A DNA stretch of 64,000 bases. It comes from Desulfobacterales bacterium (lineage in GTDB: Bacteria; Desulfobacterota; Desulfobacteria; Desulfobacterales; UBA5852). A model generated the notes under the pieces. The model had not been told where the DNA came from. It made no database searches and saw nothing but the letters and a program-made list of their open reading frames with translations. The translations under genes and the position numbers were made by a program. Within the stretch, counting starts at the first letter, position 1; every line of letters starts with the position of its first letter. The stretch is taken from assembly GCA_963674755.2 (NCBI GenBank), contig CAXXVS010000003.1:416001-480000 (forward strand), in the 5' to 3' direction. Shown here piece after piece: positions 50,767-60,653 of the stretch.

Positions 50767-52160
50767 ATCTTTCCTCCATGTGCCATCACGATATGTTTGG
50801 CAATCGACAGACCTAAGCCGGTGCCTCTCTCGGTATCCTGTCCCTGATCGATCCGGCGGAATTTATCGAAAATGGTTTCCAGGGCACTCTGGGGAATACC
50901 GCAGCCGGTGTCGCTGATCCTGACCCGGACAAACCCCTTCTCCCCGCTGTCCTGGGCCAGGGTGATCATGACTTCCCCCCCCCTTTCCGTATACTTGAGG
51001 GCATTGCCGAGCAGATTGTCCATCAGCTGATTGATGCATGCCGCGTCAGCACGCACGTTCGGCAGTGGATCACAGGGTTTGAGCTCCAACAGGATTTTTT
51101 TGGCCACGGCGATGGGGGCCAGCTTCAGGATGCAGGCCCGCACCAGGGGTAAAACATCGAAAGCCTTAAAGGCGTATTCCATCATTTGCGCTTCCATACG
51201 GGAAAGATCCAGCATGCGGTTGATGGATTGGATCAGGCGCTCGCACTCTCCGTGCACGATGCCCAGCAATTGTTTCTGGTGCTCCGGACGCCCCGTATAG
51301 CACCCCTCCATCAGCATGCTGGAGGCCTCCCGGATAGCGGTCAGGGGGGTGCGCAATTCATGGGACACATGATAGATAAAATCCTCTTTCATGTCGCTGA
51401 GCTCTTTCAGGCGCTCGCACATGCGGTTGAAATCATGTGTCAGGGCCGCGATTTCCGGGGGTGATTCGACCGGCGGCAGGGTGGCGAAGCGGCTCATGGC
51501 CACTTCGTGGGTTTTATGCTGCAGGCGGTGGATGGAACGGTTGATCTGGCGAGCGCTGATAAACGAAATGATGAGCCCGATCAAGCCGCCGATGCTGATG
51601 GTAATGATGCCGATGCGGATGACATCGACGCTGATGTGGCTGGACAAAAGGATTTTCTTGTCCCGGGCCTGGCGCGCTTCTCCGATGATGGATTGCAGGG
51701 AGAGCCGGATGCGATCGAGGAGATCGGCCTTGCGATCATGGTAGATGTCGGCCTGTCGGCCGCTGGTGTTACCCATGAGCTCTCTTTCCCGGTCGATCAG
51801 GGCGAAGTAGGCGTAGCTGTTCGTTCCGATGCCGTCCAGCATGGTGCGCACGTCCTTGGTGTCGATATGGTGCTGCATGGTCTGAAGCGCTTCTAGGAAT
51901 TGCTGGCGAATTTGCTGAAACCGCTTGAAAAAGGCGTCATCGCCGGTCACCAGGTGTTTTTTCTCGAAGCGGGCCAGGGAGACGGCCATGGTGTCGAGGC
52001 CTTCGGCCAGGCGCACGGTTTCGCCGTCCCGCATGACAACCGCCCAGGTCAGTTGATTGAGGCGATTGAGCTGGGCGGAAACATAGATGCCCAGGCCTAT
52101 CAGCAGGATCACAAAGGCGCCATAGCCCAGCGTGAGCCGTTTGAAGATGGTCAGTTTCAT
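50706..52160 (-). CDS. Membrane sensor histidine kinase (GlrK/QseE-like)
   Basis: Two TM, HAMP, VSHELRTPL, NLLGNALKY, GTGLGLSI. Confidence 0.92.
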   Translation of the reverse strand: MKLTIFKRLTLGYGAFVILLIGLGIYVSAQLNRLNQLTWAVVMRDGETVRLAEGLDTMAVSLARFEKKHLVTGDDAFFKRFQQIRQQFLEALQTMQHHIDTKDVRTMLDGIGTNSYAYFALIDRERELMGNTSGRQADIYHDRKADLLDRIRLSLQSIIGEARQARDKKILLSSHISVDVIRIGIITISIGGLIGLIISFISARQINRSIHRLQHKTHEVAMSRFATLPPVESPPEIAALTHDFNRMCERLKELSDMKEDFIYHVSHELRTPLTAIREASSMLMEGCYTGRPEHQKQLLGIVHGECERLIQSINRMLDLSRMEAQMMEYAFKAFDVLPLVRACILKLAPIAVAKKILLELKPCDPLPNVRADAACINQLMDNLLGNALKYTERGGEVMITLAQDSGEKGFVRVRISDTGCGIPQSALETIFDKFRRIDQGQDTERGTGLGLSIAKHIVMAHGGKIWATSQPGSGSAFTFTLPVA

Positions 52161-52280
52161 GGTGATTGGGTGTAATCCTGCAAATATCAGGCCATATAGG
52201 GTTTTCTCAGGAATGACCATGCTTGGGAAGCAATGGGAGGCCGCCTGCCCTAAAAGAAGGGCGGGAATTTGTGCACAACT

Positions 52281-52694
52281 TTATACGGTTTGATCAAAGT
52301 CCATACCGACATCGGGGATGGGGCGCAGGTTTTTTTCTCGGTCCACGCATACCAGATGAATTTCGGCCTTGACGGCGGCTTTGGCCGCGCCCGGCCGCCA
52401 GGCTTCCTGGTGCCAGATCAGCCGATAGTCGCTTTCTTTGTATACGGTCGATACGATATCCAGGGTGTCGCCGAACTCGGCCCCGTCCAGAAAGTTGAGG
52501 CCGGCCTTGTAAACGGCAAAACCCAGCCCCTTTTCCTTCCAGAGGGCTGCCAGGGCCGCCGGCCCGATGACCCCTTCCCGGGCCCGCTCGAAGTATTTGA
52601 GGTAATTGGCATGGTAGACCACACCGGAGTGATCGGTGTCTTCGTAATAGACCTGTACTTTGAAATGATAGGTTTTTGGCGGCATGGCAGCCAT
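52281..52694 (-). CDS. YbgC/FadM family acyl-CoA thioesterase
   Basis: VYYEDTDHSGVVYHANYLKYFERAR. Confidence 0.9.
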   Translation of the reverse strand: MAAMPPKTYHFKVQVYYEDTDHSGVVYHANYLKYFERAREGVIGPAALAALWKEKGLGFAVYKAGLNFLDGAEFGDTLDIVSTVYKESDYRLIWHQEAWRPGAAKAAVKAEIHLVCVDREKNLRPIPDVGMDFDQTV

Positions 52695-52760
52695 CCCGTA
52701 GCATGGGTTAAGAGAAGGGCGCCCTTGTGATGTTGTCTCTACCGATAACCACGTCGCCCT

Positions 52761-53420
52761 TCATCGTGCGTTAGGGGCGCCGTCCCGGCGGGTGACCACA
52801 AAGATTCCGATATGGGCCAGCAGGTTGGCGCCGCGGCGCGCCAGCCAATGTCCGCGCCACTGGTTGAGGATCAGAAGATGTTCCGATACGATGCGCAGGT
52901 TTTCTTCACGGCAGAAGGCCCGGAAATCTTTTATGGTCAACACCCGGATATTGGGCGTGTTGTACCACTCGAAGGGCAGCGCGGAGGATTTGGGGGCCCG
53001 GCCGCCAAAGAATAGTCCGCTACGCAGCGCCAAATGCCCGAAGTTGGGGAAACCCACGATGCCAAACCGGCCGATGCGCATCATCTCCCGTAAAACGATC
53101 TGGGGATGTTTCACCACCTGGAGGGTCTGGTTCAAGATGACGTAGTCGTAAGCCTGGTCCGCGAAATCCGCCAGGCCGTCATCCAGATCGCCCTGATAGA
53201 CCGGCAACCCCAACGACATCCCGCGCACCAGCCGCTCGCCATCGATATCCACGCCCCGTCCGCGGACATTCTTGCGGGTCACCAGCTCCCCCAGCAGGGA
53301 GCAGTCGCCACAGCCCAGATCCAGCACCTGGGCACCCTCGGGTATGAGCGCGGCAATAATGTCCACATCGGTCTGGCTGAGGGTGTTGACGTAGTTGACG
53401 CGTCGCGGATCATTCGGCAA
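52761..53420 (-). CDS. metW: Methionine biosynthesis protein MetW
   Basis: VLDLGCGD, QGDLDDGL, FPNFGH, WYNTPNI; follows metX. Confidence 0.92.
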   Translation of the reverse strand: MPNDPRRVNYVNTLSQTDVDIIAALIPEGAQVLDLGCGDCSLLGELVTRKNVRGRGVDIDGERLVRGMSLGLPVYQGDLDDGLADFADQAYDYVILNQTLQVVKHPQIVLREMMRIGRFGIVGFPNFGHLALRSGLFFGGRAPKSSALPFEWYNTPNIRVLTIKDFRAFCREENLRIVSEHLLILNQWRGHWLARRGANLLAHIGIFVVTRRDGAPNAR

Positions 53421-54564
53421 GGGGTCGGCTCCTTTGGCTGCCGTCCAGAAAGGCGGCCGTGATGCGGGTGAGGCGCTCGGTTTCGATCAGGAAGGCGTCG
53501 TGTCCATGGGGGGAATCAACTTCGATGAAGGATACATCCCGGTCGCCGGCGGTCAAGGCCTGTACGATCTCCCTGGACTGCCGGGTGGGGAACAGCCAGT
53601 CCGAGTTGTAGGAAATCAAAAGGAAGCGGGACGGCATTTGGGCAAACGCCTCTTTGAGCGGTCCGTAGGTGCGCACGATATCGAAATAGTCCATGGCTTT
53701 GGTGATATAGATATAGCTGTTGGCGTCGAAACGTTCGGTAAACCGGGTTCCCTGGTGATTCAAGTAGGATTCCACGGCAAATTCGTGGTTGATGTCGTAG
53801 CTCAAGCGGTCGGCCGATTGCAACCGGCGGCCGAACTTGTGGTTGAGCGAAATTTCGGAGAGGTAGGTGATATGGGCCACCATGCGGGCGCTGGCCAGGC
53901 CGCGCACCGGGCCGGCCGTACCGTAGAAGTGTCCCCCCTGCCAGTCGGGATCGCTGGTGATGGCGTGCCGGCCGACGGCATTGAAGGCGATGCCCTGGAC
54001 GGAAAGGTTGGCGCCGGCGGCAATGCTGATAACGGAATGGACATGGGTCGGATAGCGCAGAGCCCATTCCAGGGCCTGGAAGCCGCCCATGGAGCCGCCG
54101 GCCACGCAGAAGAGTTTTTCGATGCCCAAATGCTCGGTTAGCCGCTTCTGGGCTTCCACCATGTCGCCGATGGTAATGAGCGGGAAATCACTGCCGTAAG
54201 GGTTGCCGGTGGCAGGATTGGTCGTGTTGGGTCCGGTGGAGCCCTTGCAGCCCCCGATCACGTTGGCGCAGATGACCCAGTAGCGTTCGGTATCGAAGGC
54301 CTTGCCCGGGCCGATCATGCTGTCCCACCATCCCACGCGCTTGTCGTGGGGGGTGTGAATACCGGCCGCATGGGCGTCGCCGGAAAGGGCATGGCAGATC
54401 AATACGGCGTTGGAGCGGTCCGCATTGGGCCGGCCGTAGGTTTCATAGACCTGCTCCACCGGTTCCAGCATCCGGCCGGAGTCCAGCACCAGAGGATCTT
54501 GCGGGCTTCCGAAAACATAGCGCTGGGGCTCCACCAAGCCCACCGACTGGCGTTCGATCAACAT
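53410..54564 (-). CDS. metX: Homoserine O-acetyltransferase
   Basis: CHALSGD, GWW, GGSMGG, RFDANSY, DWLFP, GHDAFL. Confidence 0.95.
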   Translation of the reverse strand: MLIERQSVGLVEPQRYVFGSPQDPLVLDSGRMLEPVEQVYETYGRPNADRSNAVLICHALSGDAHAAGIHTPHDKRVGWWDSMIGPGKAFDTERYWVICANVIGGCKGSTGPNTTNPATGNPYGSDFPLITIGDMVEAQKRLTEHLGIEKLFCVAGGSMGGFQALEWALRYPTHVHSVISIAAGANLSVQGIAFNAVGRHAITSDPDWQGGHFYGTAGPVRGLASARMVAHITYLSEISLNHKFGRRLQSADRLSYDINHEFAVESYLNHQGTRFTERFDANSYIYITKAMDYFDIVRTYGPLKEAFAQMPSRFLLISYNSDWLFPTRQSREIVQALTAGDRDVSFIEVDSPHGHDAFLIETERLTRITAAFLDGSQRSRPLAE

Positions 54565-54631
54565 CTTGTCTGCGTTCCTCCAAACGGTCTGCCGCAGGGG
54601 CTTGGCTTTTGGCGGCAGACGCTCGTTTTAT

Positions 54632-55930
54632 TCACAGGGTGCAGGCCACGCCGGTCTCCAGGGCCTGGTGCAGATCCGCAATAATATCCTCCACGTCCTC
54701 GATCCCGATGCTGAGGCGGATAAAATCCGGTGTGACCCCGGCGGCCCGCTGCTCCGCCTCCGAGAGTTGCTCATGGGTGGTGGAGGCCGGATGAATCACA
54801 AGGGTCTTGGCATCCCCGATATTGGCCAGGTGGCTGACCAGAGAGAGGCTTTCGATAAACTTGACGGCCGCCTCCCGGCCGCCCTTGATACCGAAGCCCA
54901 CCAGGGCGCCCTGGCCCTCCGGCAGGTAGCGCTCTTTCAGGTGGTAGGTGGGCGACGATTCGAGTCCGGGGTAGCGAACCCAGGTGACGCAGGGGTGCTC
55001 TTCCAGGAAGCGCGCCACCCGCAGTGCATTTTCCGAATGTCGGGCCATGCGCAGGTGCAGCGTTTCCATCCCCTGTAGAAACAGCCAGGCATTGAAGGGG
55101 CTCATGGCGGCCCCCATGTCGCGCAAGCCCAACACGCGCGCCCGCAGGATAAAGGCCATGTCCCCGAAGGTATCCACGAAGCGCAGGCCGTGATAGGCCG
55201 GCTCCGGATCGTTGAAGGCCGGAAAGCGGCCGGAGCCGTTCCAGTCGAATTTGCCGGAATCCACGATCAGCCCGCCGATGGAGGTGCCGTGTCCGCCGAT
55301 GAATTTGGTGGCGGAATGGACCACGACGGCCGCCCCGTGTTCGATGGGCCGGTTTAAAAACGGCGTGGTTACGGTATTGTCCACCACCAGCGGGATGCCA
55401 TGCCGCCGGCCGACATCGGCAATCGCAGCGATATCGATGATATCGAGTTTGGGATTGCCGATGGTTTCGACGAAAAAGGCCCGGGTGCGATCGGTAACCG
55501 CCTTTTGCCAGGCGTCGATATCGTTGGGGGGCACGAAGGCGACCTTGATGCCCAGCTTGCCGAAGGTATGGGTAAAAAGGCTTACCGTGCCCCCATAAAG
55601 ATCGGTCGACGCCACGATTTCATCCCCGGCGCCCGCCAGGGTCAGGATGGCCAGGGTTTCAGCCGACTGCCCGGAGGCGGTCGCCAATGCGCCGACACCG
55701 CCTTCCAGGGCGGCAATTCGCTGTTCGAGGGCATCGGTGGTGGGGTTCATGATGCGGGTGTAGATATTGCCGAACTGGCGCAGGCCGAAGAGATCCGCGG
55801 CATGCTGGGTATTTTCGAAGACGTAGGATGAGGTCTGATAAATGGGCACGGCCCGGGAGTGCGTATCCTGATCCGGGGTATGCCCGGCGTGAATGGCGCG
55901 GGTTCCTAAACCAAATTGTTCTTCACTCAT
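54632..55930 (-). CDS. metY: O-acetylhomoserine sulfhydrylase
   Basis: [20 protein letters not shown] (PLP Lys), [18 protein letters not shown]. Confidence 0.95.
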   Translation of the reverse strand: MSEEQFGLGTRAIHAGHTPDQDTHSRAVPIYQTSSYVFENTQHAADLFGLRQFGNIYTRIMNPTTDALEQRIAALEGGVGALATASGQSAETLAILTLAGAGDEIVASTDLYGGTVSLFTHTFGKLGIKVAFVPPNDIDAWQKAVTDRTRAFFVETIGNPKLDIIDIAAIADVGRRHGIPLVVDNTVTTPFLNRPIEHGAAVVVHSATKFIGGHGTSIGGLIVDSGKFDWNGSGRFPAFNDPEPAYHGLRFVDTFGDMAFILRARVLGLRDMGAAMSPFNAWLFLQGMETLHLRMARHSENALRVARFLEEHPCVTWVRYPGLESSPTYHLKERYLPEGQGALVGFGIKGGREAAVKFIESLSLVSHLANIGDAKTLVIHPASTTHEQLSEAEQRAAGVTPDFIRLSIGIEDVEDIIADLHQALETGVACTL

Positions 55931-56082
55931 AGGGATATTCTCCTTACGTATCAGCTAAAGTCGTATTTTCACGATCAGCGAGTTGGGCAGGTGTATGGCC
56001 CCCCCTTTATACGGCATGCCGTTAAGCGGTCCTTGTCGACCCTATAGGGGCGAGTGTTTTGCAATCTGCCGGTCAGAAAACG

Positions 56083-56107
56083 AAAAAACCTCCCGTTCGA
56101 GGGAGGT
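56083..56107 (-). terminator. Intrinsic terminator (riboswitch expression platform)
   Basis: Minus strand ACCTCCC-TCGAAC-GGGAGGT followed by a T run. Confidence 0.85.
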
Positions 56108-56129
56108 CCGAATCCATGGGCCGTTTGCC

Positions 56130-56222
56130 CTCATGTTCCCCTTGCGGGCTGGATTTGGCACCTTGTGGATCAGGTTGCCGGGCGGTCGCAGGGCCAGTTC
56201 CCTCACGCCTCTCAACATGAAT
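56130..56222 (-). ncRNA. SAM-I (S-box) riboswitch
   Basis: Minus strand TTCATGTTGAGAGGCGTGAGGGAACTGGCCCTGCGACCGCCCGGCAACC...GGTGCCAAATCCAGCCCGCAAGGGGAACATGAG with hallmark GAGGGA, CTGGCCC, GCAACC, GGTGC; upstream of metY. Confidence 0.92.
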
Positions 56223-56233
56223 ATATTCGCCAC

Positions 56234-56261
56234 ATCATAGGCCCTTTAACGATTCTGTCAA
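56234..56261 (-). promoter_or_regulatory. sigma70 promoter for riboswitch-metYXW
   Basis: Minus strand TTGACA-16 nt-TATGAT immediately 5' of the aptamer. Confidence 0.65.
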
Positions 56262-56333
56262 GGGCGTTATCCGGAATAATCAGCTGCTCGGGGGATGGAA
56301 GTTAAATCAGGACGGACGTAGGAGAGCCGATCA

Positions 56334-56858
56334 TTATTCTTTCGCCATCAAACGCGCCTGCATGTCTTTGACCAGCTCCTGGTGGCGGAAATTATCCGGC
56401 TCCTTTGACAGGGCCTGCTGGCCCCAATGCAGAGCGGCGGCGTAATCGTGTTTCTGGCGGTAATTTTCAGCGATGGCATAGAGCAGATGCTGCACCGGCG
56501 CGCGGCGATGTTTAGCCGGGATGGCCAGCACTTTTTTAAAATCGGCAATGGCCCGATCCTGCCGGCCCGTCACCGAAAGGCAGCTTCCCCGGCCGATGAG
56601 GCTTTCCTCATCCCAGGGATCAACGGTCAGGGCCTGGGTATACAGGGCGATGGCATCTTTATAACGGCTTTCCACCTCGTTGATCTTGCCCAGATAAAAA
56701 TAGGGATTGTCACCGTCGGGATGGCGGTAGGCCGGGTCCCGGTCGATCACTTTTTGCAGCGCACGCACGGCCCCTAGGCCGTCCGGTTTGCGGAAGCATT
56801 TGCGGCCTTCCTCGAAAAGCCTGGCGATATCGTCGTCGGAGGGTGCTTTTCCAGTCAT
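56334..56858 (-). CDS. Tetratricopeptide repeat protein
   Basis: PYFYLG, AIALYTQAL, GRG...AIADFKKVL repeats; start uncertain. Confidence 0.82.
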   Translation of the reverse strand: MTGKAPSDDDIARLFEEGRKCFRKPDGLGAVRALQKVIDRDPAYRHPDGDNPYFYLGKINEVESRYKDAIALYTQALTVDPWDEESLIGRGSCLSVTGRQDRAIADFKKVLAIPAKHRRAPVQHLLYAIAENYRQKHDYAAALHWGQQALSKEPDNFRHQELVKDMQARLMAKE

Positions 56859-57131
56859 CCGGGGCTCCAGGGCTTGTCGTGGGAGGAAGAGAGCGGGATA
56901 TGGCATCACCCTACTGGATTCGTCCGGCGAAGTCCAATCCTTTTCCACCCGATGGCAGGCAGGCCTTCGACGGTCGTCTCGCCAGTCCCTAAAGAAGTCG
57001 GTGCAATGACCGATAGGACTACAGAGGGTATGCCGTGGCCATTGACATCCGCTTGGTCATCCCGGGGCGCGGATTGTGAACGGAACTCGGCCTGCAAAGG
57101 CGCACCACCTATTGAAGAGTGAACGATAGCG

Positions 57132-59951
57132 ATGACTTTTGACCTCACCCTGTTACCGATGGTTGCTTCCCTGATCGTGGCGGTGCTTTGCCTGACGTTC
57201 GGCCTGTTCCAAGCCGTGATCGTACTTAAGCGGCCTGAATTCAACTGGAACAAATGGGGTGCCGCTCTTTCCTTCCTTACAGCCGTCTTTGCGGTGACGG
57301 TCTTCGCCCAGTATAATCTGCCCGCCGTACCGGCCAATACCTTGTGCGAACGCATCCAATACACGGTCTTTATTTTGCTGGCCCACGCCCTGTTCGGGTT
57401 TACGGCCGCTTTTCTGGGCATCGAGGGCCGCCGCCGTCACCGGCTCCTGCTGCTATGGCATGCGGTCCTGTTAGGTTTGCTGTGGTCGACCCATCTCATT
57501 GTGAGCGATAATTTCGTAACCCGCCATCATCTCTGGCTCTCCCGGCCCTATGTCGAACCGGCGCTGGGCAAACTGGGCACCGTCTACCTGCTGTATGCGT
57601 TCGGCATGGCGTTGGCCGTTCTGGCAATCTGGCTCAAGCCCGAATACCGGCAGCGTCCCGGCCGCACGGGATTTGTGATCAGCTTTGTCGTATGGAGTCT
57701 CCTGGGGCTCCATGACATTATCGGAACCCTTGGGGTTCCGGTAGGCCAGTTTCTGATGGAATTCGGATTTCTGGGCTTCAGCCTGACGATCGTGTGGCTT
57801 TCCGCCGAAAAATACCTGGAAATGTACCAACGGGTGGAAACTAGTGAAAACGCCCTGAGAAGAGCCGAAAACAATCTGCGGCATAAAGTCCGGGAGCGGA
57901 CTGCGGAAATCACCCGATCCAACCGGGAACTCAAAGCGGAAATCAAAGACCGCAAGCACGTCGAGAAAGCGTTGCGGGAAAGTGACGAAACTTTCCGGGC
58001 ACTGATTGCCAATATTTTCGATGTGATCGCGATTCTTGACGCTCGGGGGGGGCACATTCGTTACACAAGCCCCAGCATTACGCGCCATTTCGGCTGGGAG
58101 CCGGGTGCCCTCGTGGGCCGTCGCGCCGGCGATCTGGTGCACCCGGACGACCTGGACCATGTTCAGCATCATATTAAGGGGCTCCTTGGCACGCCGGGTG
58201 CTTCCCGGACGATTCGCTGTCGTTACCAGGCACGGGACGGCTCTTACCGGCAAATTGAGTTGATTGCCGTCAACAGGCTCGACAACCAAAGGATCAATGG
58301 CATTCTGATCAACTTTCGGGATATATCGGACCGGATCGCCTCCGAAAAAGCGCTTAAAGCCAGCGAACGACGTCTGCGCAAGGCCCAGGCTATGGCCCAT
58401 GTGGGTTACTGGGAGCTTGATCCGAGGGACCAGTCGATCCGGGGCTCGGAGGAGTGGTTTCGGCTCTATGGACTGGATCGATCATCGTCCAAAGTTACGC
58501 TGCATAAGGTTCGAGCGCTCATCGTGGAGGAAGACCGCGAGCGAGTGCGCCAGGCGCTTGACGATCTTATCCAGCACCACATCGATTATGATGTTGTGTT
58601 CAGGCTTCGTCGTGCCAACGACAACCAGCTGATATGGCTGCACTCCAAAGCCGAACTCATTTTCCGTTCGAGCGGCCAGGATCCCGTTGTTTCCGGTGTC
58701 ATTCAGGATATAACGGCGACCAAGCGTGCCGAAGAAGAAAAGAGCTTGTTGGAAAACCAACTTCGCCAGGCCCAGAAAATGGAATCCATCGGAACCCTGG
58801 CTGGTGGCATTGCCCACGATTTCAACAATATTCTGTCGCCGATCATCGGTTTTACTGAAATGACGGCCGCAGAACTGCCCCCCGGCAGCCAGGCGCGCGC
58901 CAATCTGGAAGAAGTCCTCACGGCTGCCCAGCGTGCCAAAGAGATGGTGCGCCACATTCTGACCTTCAGCCGCCAGGATACCCAGGAAATGAAGGCCATG
59001 AAAATGTTGCCGGTGGTCCAGGAATCCATGAAACTCCTGCGTTCCTCCCTGCCGTCGACGATCGACATTCAAGTGCGGCTCGAAGAAGAAACGGGATCGG
59101 TGATGGGGGACTCCACCCAGATCCATCAACTGGTGGTCAATCTTTGTACCAATGCCTACCAGGCGATGCGTGAACGGGGGGGGCAACTGGACGTCTCTCT
59201 GGCGGAGGTTGACGTCAACGCGTCCCACCAGGCGCCCGGGCGGGATTTACCGCCGGACCATTACACCTGCTTGAGCGTCGCGGACACCGGTCACGGCATC
59301 GATCAGGCCATCATCGACCGCATCTTCGAGCCGTATTTCACCACCAAGGGTCCTGCGGAAGGTACGGGTATGGGGTTGTCCATGGTGCATGGCATTGTCA
59401 AGCGACACCAGGGGCACATTACCGTGGACAGCACCTTGGGCCGGGGGACGACGTTTCGGGTCTACATCCCCCAGATGGCCAGCGTGGATGAAACGACCCT
59501 TCAAGAAACCACGGAGTTTGTCCCCCTCGGCCACGAACACATCCTCCTGGTGGACGACGAGCCCCAGCTGCTGGCTATGCAGGGGCAGATTCTGGAGCGT
59601 TTGGGGTACGATGTCACGACCATGAGCAGCAGCAAAGATGCCCTGAAGGCTTTCCGGCAGGCGCCGGAGGCCTTCGATGTGCTGATTACCGACCAGACCA
59701 TGCCAAAGCTGACCGGCGCCGCGCTGTCCGTTGAAGTTCTAAAATTGCGGCCCGAACTGCCCATTATTCTTTGCACCGGTTTCAGTGAGGCGCTTTCACC
59801 GGAAACGGCCGCCGATATGGGAATCCGGCATTATCTTCAAAAGCCGGTTCCGTTGAAAGCCCTCGCGCGGACCGTCCGTCAAGCGTTGAACCATGCGCTG
59901 GAGAAAAACATCGCTCCCCCTATGGCTTCGCAAGCGGCGGCCGCCCCTTAG
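57132..59951 (+). CDS. Hybrid histidine kinase with 7TM input, two PAS domains and receiver
   Basis: About 7 N-terminal TM, PAS, GGIAHDFNN, NLCTNA, GTGMGL, TDQTMP, KP. Confidence 0.93.
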   Translation: MTFDLTLLPMVASLIVAVLCLTFGLFQAVIVLKRPEFNWNKWGAALSFLTAVFAVTVFAQYNLPAVPANTLCERIQYTVFILLAHALFGFTAAFLGIEGRRRHRLLLLWHAVLLGLLWSTHLIVSDNFVTRHHLWLSRPYVEPALGKLGTVYLLYAFGMALAVLAIWLKPEYRQRPGRTGFVISFVVWSLLGLHDIIGTLGVPVGQFLMEFGFLGFSLTIVWLSAEKYLEMYQRVETSENALRRAENNLRHKVRERTAEITRSNRELKAEIKDRKHVEKALRESDETFRALIANIFDVIAILDARGGHIRYTSPSITRHFGWEPGALVGRRAGDLVHPDDLDHVQHHIKGLLGTPGASRTIRCRYQARDGSYRQIELIAVNRLDNQRINGILINFRDISDRIASEKALKASERRLRKAQAMAHVGYWELDPRDQSIRGSEEWFRLYGLDRSSSKVTLHKVRALIVEEDRERVRQALDDLIQHHIDYDVVFRLRRANDNQLIWLHSKAELIFRSSGQDPVVSGVIQDITATKRAEEEKSLLENQLRQAQKMESIGTLAGGIAHDFNNILSPIIGFTEMTAAELPPGSQARANLEEVLTAAQRAKEMVRHILTFSRQDTQEMKAMKMLPVVQESMKLLRSSLPSTIDIQVRLEEETGSVMGDSTQIHQLVVNLCTNAYQAMRERGGQLDVSLAEVDVNASHQAPGRDLPPDHYTCLSVADTGHGIDQAIIDRIFEPYFTTKGPAEGTGMGLSMVHGIVKRHQGHITVDSTLGRGTTFRVYIPQMASVDETTLQETTEFVPLGHEHILLVDDEPQLLAMQGQILERLGYDVTTMSSSKDALKAFRQAPEAFDVLITDQTMPKLTGAALSVEVLKLRPELPIILCTGFSEALSPETAADMGIRHYLQKPVPLKALARTVRQALNHALEKNIAPPMASQAAAAP

Positions 59952-59995
59952 CCGGCGCTATTTTTTTCATTGTGTTGCCATGCGACGAAGCCTGT

Positions 59996-60400
59996 TCAGG
60001 GGAAAGGGTGTGTCTCTTTGCCGATGCCCACCACAACACCGGCGGCATCGATGGCCTGCACGGTGAATTCGTAGCGATGGGAGCCGCTGGGAGGGCAGGG
60101 TCCGTTGTAGCCGTTTTTGAGAGCCCCGGCCGGGATTAAGCCCGACCCGTCATAGGCCATGGTACCCCCGCCGTGGTTCCAATTGGGCACATCCCGGTCT
60201 TTAAGTTTGACATACAGGGTCTTGGTCGCGGCCGGTATGTTCGCTACGCGGATTTCCGGCGAGCGGCGGGAACACCGATCAGACGGCTGCCAGGCGAAAT
60301 CGACGGTGAGGTCGACCGCATCGGAACTCACCTGGGTGGTGGCACATCCGGCCGTAAGCAGCATTGATCCAACCATAATGAGCATCATCAATCGTTTCAT
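59996..60400 (-). CDS. YbhB/YbcL (PEBP-like) lipoprotein
   Basis: Lipobox TAGC, YNGPCPPSGSHRYEFTVQA. Confidence 0.85.
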   Translation of the reverse strand: MKRLMMLIMVGSMLLTAGCATTQVSSDAVDLTVDFAWQPSDRCSRRSPEIRVANIPAATKTLYVKLKDRDVPNWNHGGGTMAYDGSGLIPAGALKNGYNGPCPPSGSHRYEFTVQAIDAAGVVVGIGKETHPFP

Positions 60401-60569
60401 CCCATCCTCCATCGGTTTAGCGTTTAACGAGAGAGACCGGCGAACGGGCGGGTGGCCACCGGCGGCGGGTCGGAGGAGGCCCTCCTGCACCGTATCGGTG
60501 CTTATATCACATGGAATACCTTGAACAAATCCGTTTCGTCGCCACGTGTTGGCATTCCTGACATACGTT

Positions 60570-60618
60570 ACTTTATGTTTACATTTATATTGACATTTAT
60601 GGCAGGGATTTCTATGGT
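60570..60618 (+). promoter_or_regulatory. lexA promoter with overlapping direct repeats
   Basis: TTGACA(60590)-17 nt-TATGGT(60613); ACATTTAT at 60581 and 60593. Confidence 0.7.
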
Positions 60619-60653
60619 TTTGGATAACCGGGTTTCATTCATCGGAGGATGTT

